Shown one piece after another: positions 23,136 through 28,771 of a stretch of 28,771 bases of DNA. The stretch comes from a virus (taxonomy: Duplodnaviria; Caudoviricetes). The notes beneath the pieces were generated by a model. It was given only the letters and a program-made list of their open reading frames with translations, was not told the DNA's origin and made no database searches. The stretch's first letter is position 1; every line of letters begins with the position of its first letter. The position numbers and the translations under genes were made by a program. The stretch lies in the IMG/VR virus record IMGVR_UViG_3300020045_004483, positions 1 to 28,771 of that record; one strand, 5' to 3'.

Positions 23136-26095
23136 TGAAAAAACTAATTTTATTTTTACTACCACTTTTTGTGTTGGCTCAGAATCCGACTAATTTTCCT
23201 TATGGGATTAAAAACACGGTAGCACCAACTAATTCGACACCAACCTACTTTGTTACTCAGGAAACAGACGGCATCCATAAAAAAACACCCGCTGCTTTAA
23301 TAGCTAAAACAGAGGAACTCTTAAAGAAACAATTCCTTTCAACTGGATTGATAAAAAACGGATTAATTTCGATTAATGCCGACCCTGCCAAGTACAATAT
23401 TACAGCGGGAATAGGAGTAATTTCAAACTTTGATGACCCAGAGAATCCTGTTAGTACCATTGTTAATTTTCCTGCGGTTACGGCTAAAACACCCACTTAT
23501 TTAACTACTGGAAACATTACCTATATTGCAATTAATGCAAGCGGTGCAGTAGTCGAGCAAGCTACGGAATTCACGTCTACACAAAGGCGTGACCTTATTT
23601 TATTAGGAGCGGTAATTCACTCTAACCTGACTAATATCAATGTTGTAAACAATATTAGCGCACCGACCAACGCCGATACCAATCAGTTACACGACTTTAT
23701 GGAAGCAATTGGAGCGTTGAATTTAACAGGAAATAAATACACCGCAAACGGCGCAAATCTTAGCTTAGACAAAAGCGCAGGAAGTATATTTAAATTTGGT
23801 GTGAACTTTGCAACCGATTGGAAAAAACCACACGAATTAAGTCAAAGTGCAGGAACAGCATTAACATTTCGATACAGAACACAAACAGGCGCAGAGGGTA
23901 GTGATGTTACGATATTAAATCCATCGTTGTACGATCTATCCGGAACGCTTACAACGGTTCCTGTAAATAAATTCACAATTCAAACAGTTACGATATTCCA
24001 AACTGGATTGACCCGGATTCAATACGGACAAAACTATTATAATTCATTGGAAGAAGCTCAGGCGGCCATATTTACAAGAAATTATGTTCCTGAAAGCAAC
24101 ATCGCACAAAACGGAATTACTCGAGCTTATATAATTATAAGGAATACCACAACGTCTTTATCAAACGCTACTGATGCAAAAATAATTGAAGCGCAAAAAT
24201 TCGGAGGCGTTGCTTCGGGAGGTGTTGCTTTGACATTAGCTAATATCGTGAGTGCTTTGGGATATACGCCTGAGAATGTTGCGAATAAAGCCATTAATTT
24301 CACAACGGTAAACAATACATTATACCCAACTGTACAGGCTACAAAAGACTTTGTTTCTGTATACAGCGGACAAACTTGGGGGGTTTTGGGAGATAGTTTT
24401 GCTCAAATAGATTTGTTTCAACCTGCCCTATTGTTAAAATTAGGCATTACCTCAATTAGTGACGGTATCGGTGGTAGCTGCATAACTGGAGGTACTAATT
24501 TCGCAGAGGGAGACGCTATCGACAGAACCCCCTTCGTTGACAGAATTGTCGCAATGCTTGCTAATTCCATAACTGGAATTATAATAGAAGGTGGCAGCAA
24601 CGACTTTCATTATAACATCCCACTCGGTAGCTATGGAAGTACCAACGTTAATAATTTTTATGGAGCCTTGGATTTTATTTGTGCTGCCATAGCTAATAGA
24701 CCTACTAAAATTAAAGCTTTTTTCATAACTCCAACGTTTAGAGGGGACACACAACATGGTGGTAGTTCTACCGGATTGGCAAATTGGGAAAATATGAAGC
24801 CTTACATTACTGCAATTAAGACGGTTTGTTCGAGATATTCAATTCAAGTGGTGGACGAGTTTGGGGCAGGAATTAATTATTATAATACTGATGTTTATAC
24901 AACAGACGGGGTGCATCCGAATAATGCGGCTGGGACTGAGTTATATACTACTTTTCTAACCTCCAATATTAATTCAAACGCAGGAACATTGAACGTAACT
25001 CCTTTAGATATAACTGCCTCTTATGAATTAGACCCTACATTTAAAAGGACTATTTATTGGGACAAAAACGGTTCAGATCTACAAAATGATGCTGCAATTG
25101 TGCTGACCAATACTGTAGATACAGACCTTAGATTCAAGGTGAGTTCCCCTGCTTCTGGATTATATGCGTCAATAGGTACTGGAAAAACAGATGTCAACTT
25201 ATCTCTTCAAGAACTTTATGGCAAGGTTTTAATAGGTACTAATACTAGCGTGTCAGATGATAAATTTCAGGTATCAGGAACTGGATATATAAATAGCGGG
25301 GCTTCCGCCACTGGCTTAAGAGTTGCGGGCAACGCAGGCGGAGGTTGGTCTGGTAGAATAGTAGCAGGAGGATCTTCTTCTGTGTTCTTGATGGGAGAAT
25401 ACGCTGGCAATGCATGGTTGGGGGCACATAATTCTACTCTTTCTGCTTGGAACGACTTGTATATTAATCCAGACGGAGGGTCTAATTTATATTTAGGCAA
25501 ATATAGCGGGAGTCCAATACTTACTATAGACAATTCTACAGGAATATCTACATTTACAGGCACACCAACAGCCCCAACAGCAACAGCAGGAACAAACACC
25601 ACGCAGATAGCTACAACGGCTTTTGTGCAGGCGGCAACAGCAAACAATGTAGCATTGACCGGAAATCAAACGATAACTGGTCAGAAAAATTTTAACGATA
25701 GCGCATTAAACTCAACAGCAATTCAATCCGTAAAAACTCAAACAAACGGTACTCTAATAGACATAACCACTGGCGTATCTACTGCGGCCGGAACATTAGT
25801 AGGTATTACATCCGGAACAGGTACTTCATCAAAATTGTTAAATTTAAATGCGCATTCTGCATCAACAGGAATGCCTTTAACCATTCAGAATTCGGGAACA
25901 AATAAATTCACTGTAGATAAAACTGGGGTAATGATGTTAGGGACATTTACTGTCGCTACATTACCCACACCTACTACAACAGCATACGCAACAGTTACAG
26001 ACGCAACAACACCAACATATCTTGGAACATTAACAGGCGGCGGGACGGTTGTTTGCCCAGTATTTTATAACGGAACAGCTTGGGTGTCACATTAA
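23135..26095 (+). CDS. tail fibre-like protein with central SGNH/GDSL hydrolase domain and N-terminal Sec signal peptide
   Basis: MKKLILFLLPLFVLA|Q; ALGYTPENVANK; SGNH blocks LGDS, G, GGSNDF and DGVHP; GTPTAPTATAGTNTTQIATTAFV fibre repeat; FYNGTAW end. Confidence 0.8.
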   Translation: MKKLILFLLPLFVLAQNPTNFPYGIKNTVAPTNSTPTYFVTQETDGIHKKTPAALIAKTEELLKKQFLSTGLIKNGLISINADPAKYNITAGIGVISNFDDPENPVSTIVNFPAVTAKTPTYLTTGNITYIAINASGAVVEQATEFTSTQRRDLILLGAVIHSNLTNINVVNNISAPTNADTNQLHDFMEAIGALNLTGNKYTANGANLSLDKSAGSIFKFGVNFATDWKKPHELSQSAGTALTFRYRTQTGAEGSDVTILNPSLYDLSGTLTTVPVNKFTIQTVTIFQTGLTRIQYGQNYYNSLEEAQAAIFTRNYVPESNIAQNGITRAYIIIRNTTTSLSNATDAKIIEAQKFGGVASGGVALTLANIVSALGYTPENVANKAINFTTVNNTLYPTVQATKDFVSVYSGQTWGVLGDSFAQIDLFQPALLLKLGITSISDGIGGSCITGGTNFAEGDAIDRTPFVDRIVAMLANSITGIIIEGGSNDFHYNIPLGSYGSTNVNNFYGALDFICAAIANRPTKIKAFFITPTFRGDTQHGGSSTGLANWENMKPYITAIKTVCSRYSIQVVDEFGAGINYYNTDVYTTDGVHPNNAAGTELYTTFLTSNINSNAGTLNVTPLDITASYELDPTFKRTIYWDKNGSDLQNDAAIVLTNTVDTDLRFKVSSPASGLYASIGTGKTDVNLSLQELYGKVLIGTNTSVSDDKFQVSGTGYINSGASATGLRVAGNAGGGWSGRIVAGGSSSVFLMGEYAGNAWLGAHNSTLSAWNDLYINPDGGSNLYLGKYSGSPILTIDNSTGISTFTGTPTAPTATAGTNTTQIATTAFVQAATANNVALTGNQTITGQKNFNDSALNSTAIQSVKTQTNGTLIDITTGVSTAAGTLVGITSGTGTSSKLLNLNAHSASTGMPLTIQNSGTNKFTVDKTGVMMLGTFTVATLPTPTTTAYATVTDATTPTYLGTLTGGGTVVCPVFYNGTAWVSH

Positions 26096-26189
26096 TATTA
26101 AAAATTATGAAAACACTAAAACTATTATTCAACAAAATATCCTTCTTTTTATATGAAGGAAAATCGATAAATTTTAAACCTTAAATATT

Positions 26190-26438
26190 ATGAAAGACAG
26201 TAATTTTTTTAGCCTTAATTGGCGTGACATTGCAAAAGGCTTGTTAATGGCTGTGTTAACCCCTGCCGTTGTAATTGTTCAACAATCTTTGGAAGCCGGC
26301 GTATTTACAACCGACTGGAAAAGTCTTGGTTTGGCTTCATTGGCCGGTGGTGTTGCTTATTTAGTAAAGAACTTTTTTACTAAACCGAGCGACCCCCAAA
26401 GCATCTTAGGAACAGACCGCCCAGATGATAGAAAATAA
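26190..26438 (+). CDS. putative holin-like membrane protein
   Basis: 82 aa, two hydrophobic segments, charged C-terminus, upstream of endolysin. Confidence 0.6.
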   Translation: MKDSNFFSLNWRDIAKGLLMAVLTPAVVIVQQSLEAGVFTTDWKSLGLASLAGGVAYLVKNFFTKPSDPQSILGTDRPDDRK

Positions 26439-26712
26439 GCTAATATTATATTTGGCTTTGGTATTTGCCGTGATTGCTGACGTAGTTCACGGCTTTTACT
26501 ATATCGGAACAGCTTTATTTTTTATGTTGATTTCTTTGTATATTTTCCTTGATGATAAGTTTAGTTTTATTAAATTTGTGTTGTTGTGGCTAGCGAGTTG
26601 GAATGTGTTCAAAGAATTATTTTTAGACCCGTTACATTTTACGACTACCGAACTAATAATCGTTTTGGCCGTGATTATCGCCAGACTATTTTACAAACAC
26701 AAAACCTACTAA
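26425..26712 (+). CDS. multi-pass membrane protein in the lysis region
   Basis: 95 aa, about four hydrophobic helices. Confidence 0.6.
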   Translation: MIENKLILYLALVFAVIADVVHGFYYIGTALFFMLISLYIFLDDKFSFIKFVLLWLASWNVFKELFLDPLHFTTTELIIVLAVIIARLFYKHKTY

Positions 26713-26716
26713 AATT

Positions 26717-27121
26717 ATGGTTGAATATATTGCATTTATGGGAGCAGTCCTTGGTTATCCGTTAGCTTGGTACTTTGGAGGAAAAAGAAAAACAGAATCG
26801 GAAGCCAAAAAAAACGATGTGGATGTTGTGACGGCAATTTCAGAAATGTACAACACCTTTCTGGTCCAGTACAAGACCCGAATGGAAGAGATGCAATTCG
26901 AAGTATCGTGTGTAAAAGACCATTACCGAGACATTCAAAAGCAGTTTAACGATATGAGCCTGGCCTATACCCGTGAGGTCGAAGTTTCTCAAAACTGGGA
27001 AAAACTACACAAGGAATTAAAGCAAAAATATGACGAACTTGAAAAGAATTACGAAGCGTTGAAGAAAGACCACGACTCTTTAAGGAAAGATTACGAAAAA
27101 TACAAAAAGCAAAATTTATGA
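26717..27121 (+). CDS. N-terminal TM plus coiled-coil protein (holin/antiholin/spanin-like)
   Basis: Hydrophobic N-terminus, then WYFGGKRK and a long heptad coiled coil; ATGA overlap with endolysin. Confidence 0.6.
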   Translation: MVEYIAFMGAVLGYPLAWYFGGKRKTESEAKKNDVDVVTAISEMYNTFLVQYKTRMEEMQFEVSCVKDHYRDIQKQFNDMSLAYTREVEVSQNWEKLHKELKQKYDELEKNYEALKKDHDSLRKDYEKYKKQNL

Positions 27122-27588
27122 AAACAAGCGCTATAGGCATATCTTTAATTAAACACTTTGAAGGCTTGCACGATGGTAATCTCAAAGAAATAGGACTACA
27201 GCCTAAGAAATGCCCTGCTGGAATATGGACAGAAGGTTATGGCCGAGTAATGCGTGATAGCAAAGGAAACTTTCTTAAGGGTGTTAAAATGCCAAAAGCC
27301 ACAATTCACACGGAATTAGAAGCACAAAAAGCACTGAAAGAAGATTTGCAAGTTTTCGAAACAATAGTAATGCGAAAAATTACACGTAAATTAAAACAAA
27401 ACGAGTTTGATGCTTTGGTTTGTTTCACTTATAATACCGGTGGCTCAACTACTTTATTTTCTATGGTAAATTCAAACAATATCTTGTTGAAAGATTGGTG
27501 GGTTTCTCATTATATTACTGGAGGCGGTAAAGTTTTAAACGGATTAATTGCAAGGAGAAAATCAGAGGTGAAAATATACTTTTTATAA
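27118..27588 (+). CDS. endolysin, GH24 lysozyme
   Basis: LIKHFEG...CPAGIWTEGYG, QNEFDALVCFTYN.G and GLIARRKSE motifs. Confidence 0.92.
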   Translation: MKTSAIGISLIKHFEGLHDGNLKEIGLQPKKCPAGIWTEGYGRVMRDSKGNFLKGVKMPKATIHTELEAQKALKEDLQVFETIVMRKITRKLKQNEFDALVCFTYNTGGSTTLFSMVNSNNILLKDWWVSHYITGGGKVLNGLIARRKSEVKIYFL

Positions 27589-27680
27589 TGGAAAAATACT
27601 TTAGAAAACACTCTTTAGAAACGGCTTTATTATTAAGTGCTTTTTTGTTTGTGATTGGTAAATACTATCTACATTTATAA
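27588..27680 (+). CDS. small membrane peptide, 30 aa (not in ORF track)
   Basis: TAATG overlap; MEKYFRKHSLETALLLSAFLFVIGKYYLHL*; ends at the terminator. Confidence 0.5.
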   Translation: MEKYFRKHSLETALLLSAFLFVIGKYYLHL

Positions 27681-27707
27681 CCCGATGCAAAAAGTATCGG
27701 GTTTTTT
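27679..27707 (+). terminator. Rho-independent terminator
   Basis: AACCCGATGC/GTATCGGGTT stem, A5 loop, T-run. Confidence 0.85.
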
Positions 27708-27709
27708 AT

Positions 27710-27717
27710 TATCTTTG
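27710..27717 (+). promoter_or_regulatory. promoter -7 element right after the terminator
   Basis: TATCTTTG, with an ATG 13 nt later. Confidence 0.65.
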
Positions 27718-27730
27718 AAACAAAAACATT

Positions 27731-27940
27731 ATGAAAGCAAAAGAAAAAGCTTTAGAATTATGTAATAAATTTATGATATGTAATAGTTATCAAGGTATTG
27801 TATGGCACAATGCAAGGCTTTGCGCATTAATTGCAGTTGATGAAATGTTAAATTGCGAAACAAATGTAATGGTAATTCAAAACCAAAGGAAGCATTTTGA
27901 TTATTGGGAGCGAGTTAAAGAGGAGATAGAATTATTGTAA
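27731..27940 (+). CDS. moron: conserved small Bacteroidota phage protein
   Basis: KEKALEL..KF, CALIAVDEML and YWERVKEEIE motifs. Confidence 0.75.
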   Translation: MKAKEKALELCNKFMICNSYQGIVWHNARLCALIAVDEMLNCETNVMVIQNQRKHFDYWERVKEEIELL

Positions 27941-27942
27941 AA

Positions 27943-28119
27943 ATGTCACGCACCAAAAAGCATCCATACACTAAAGCAAAAGCAGTTTCAAAACAATGCC
28001 GAAACGGTGGTAAATGTCCATATTGTCAACAAAACAGAACCTATAAAAATGAAAAACATATCTCTAAAATTGAAATTCCTATTTTTATTCAAGGTCATAA
28101 TATTGTTTTCTGTATATAG
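27943..28119 (+). CDS. small basic Cys-rich protein, 58 aa (not in ORF track)
   Basis: MSRTKKHPYTKAKAVSKQCRNGGKCPYCQQNRTYKNEK...; starts 2 nt after the preceding stop. Confidence 0.65.
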   Translation: MSRTKKHPYTKAKAVSKQCRNGGKCPYCQQNRTYKNEKHISKIEIPIFIQGHNIVFCI

Positions 28120-28474
28120 CTGCGGTGGTACTCGCCAAACCGACACCGAAAAACATTCAAATATTGAAATCAAAAACGAGTACCAAGAGGGCTCGAAAAT
28201 AGTTTTAGGCAATAAGTTTACCTATACACCATTTGATGCGCTTAAGCCAATGGTTTTGGACGGTAAAAAGTACGAGAATGCAATTGTTAGTAACGACAAA
28301 AGCAAAATAATTACTAAATGGAAAGACCGAAACATTACAAAAACAATTATAATTGAAAAGAAAAAAGAAACAACCCGAAAAGATAACACTTGGTTATATC
28401 TTGGATTGTTTCTAATTATTGGATGTTTGGTTTTTTTGTATTTTTATTTGCCGAAACTTAAAACGGTAATTTAG
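28049..28474 (+). CDS. lipoprotein with C-terminal TM helix (unimolecular spanin candidate)
   Basis: Start reassigned to ATG 28049; signal ending ILFSVYS-C; C-terminal WLYLGLFLIIGCLVFLYFYL then basic tail. Confidence 0.65.
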   Translation: MKNISLKLKFLFLFKVIILFSVYSCGGTRQTDTEKHSNIEIKNEYQEGSKIVLGNKFTYTPFDALKPMVLDGKKYENAIVSNDKSKIITKWKDRNITKTIIIEKKKETTRKDNTWLYLGLFLIIGCLVFLYFYLPKLKTVI

Positions 28475-28679
28475 GTTTTGGAATCAATTCAATAAAATCA
28501 TTTATACTTGATTTTTTATAAAATTTACCCGCTACAAAATAACCTACTGAACCGCCATTTTTTGTACATTTTATTATTTTTCCGGTTTGACAATTTATGA
28601 CTTTTTTACAAGTTGAAATTTTATAATATGGGAACTCTTTGAATTGCCACTTTACTCGATAGGAAACTTTAACTATCAT
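28458..28679 (-). CDS. small NUMOD4-like protein
   Basis: FPYYKIST.KKVIN..TGKIIK.....GY resembles the NUMOD4 motif; ATGA-coupled to the recombinase. Confidence 0.6.
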   Translation of the reverse strand: MIVKVSYRVKWQFKEFPYYKISTCKKVINCQTGKIIKCTKNGGSVGYFVAGKFYKKSSINDFIELIPKPKLPF

Positions 28680-28771
28680 ATTTTGATGCTATTTATTGGA
28701 CTTACAGTGGATAAAATGTCGTTGTCAATCAATCCTATATAATTTGCAGTAGTGTTAATATTTTTATGCCC
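28676..28771 (-). CDS. tyrosine recombinase/integrase C-terminus (partial, not in ORF track)
   Basis: Minus strand reads GHKNINTTANYIGLIDNDILSTVSPINSIKI*, matching box II GH...TT..Y with the catalytic Tyr. Confidence 0.8.
   Translation of the reverse strand, partial: GHKNINTTANYIGLIDNDILSTVSPINSIKI

Larger units (their letters stand above)
1..28771. mobile_element. Temperate siphovirus-like phage or prophage segment, probable Flavobacteriaceae host
   Basis: Continuous replication, packaging, head, tail and lysis gene order; tape measure present and no sheath gene recognised; tyrosine recombinase fragment at the right edge; Bacteroidota-type promoters. Confidence 0.93.

Noticed and set aside
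171-28212. Numerous minus-strand and alternate-frame ORFs in the track (e.g. 1678..2283, 3343..3705, 13815..14183, 25267..25647, 8451..8636)
   Set aside because: They are shadows of well-supported + strand genes, with no motifs and antisense-like composition
1-28771. Stop-codon reassignment, tRNA genes or a diversity-generating retroelement
   Set aside because: Genes are full length in the standard code with TAA, TGA and TAG all used as stops; no cloverleaf, reverse transcriptase or TR/VR repeat pair was seen

Overview
AT-rich temperate tailed-phage (or prophage) DNA. The host is most likely Bacteroidota (Flavobacterium-like), judged from repeated TAnnTTTG promoter elements, A-rich leaders without Shine-Dalgarno sites, and a signal peptide with Gln at +1. 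Nearly all genes are on the + strand, in this order: small early genes and an XRE HTH; replication module (initiator with internal iterons, T7 gp4/Twinkle-type primase-helicase, RusA); an accessory cluster with a stand-alone DUF6527-like protein and a second, paralogous HTH; terS; an inserted GIY-YIG/AP2 endonuclease; terL; portal; prohead protease; HK97-fold capsid; neck and tail genes; tape measure; tail tip and fibres; lysis cassette. The C-terminus of a tyrosine recombinase lies on the - strand at the right edge. Most notable: (1) a set of structured leader RNAs directly after promoters, including two leader/terminator-loop switches, two identical GUGA hairpins behind identical late promoters, and an 83-nt pseudoknotted insert; (2) two homologous terminator-promoter cassettes ahead of morons; (3) a lone DUF6527-like peptidase as a candidate anti-ubiquitin-like-defence protein; (4) a 986-aa fibre/SGNH protein with a Sec signal peptide. 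Family assignments come from motif recognition by eye, not database searches.
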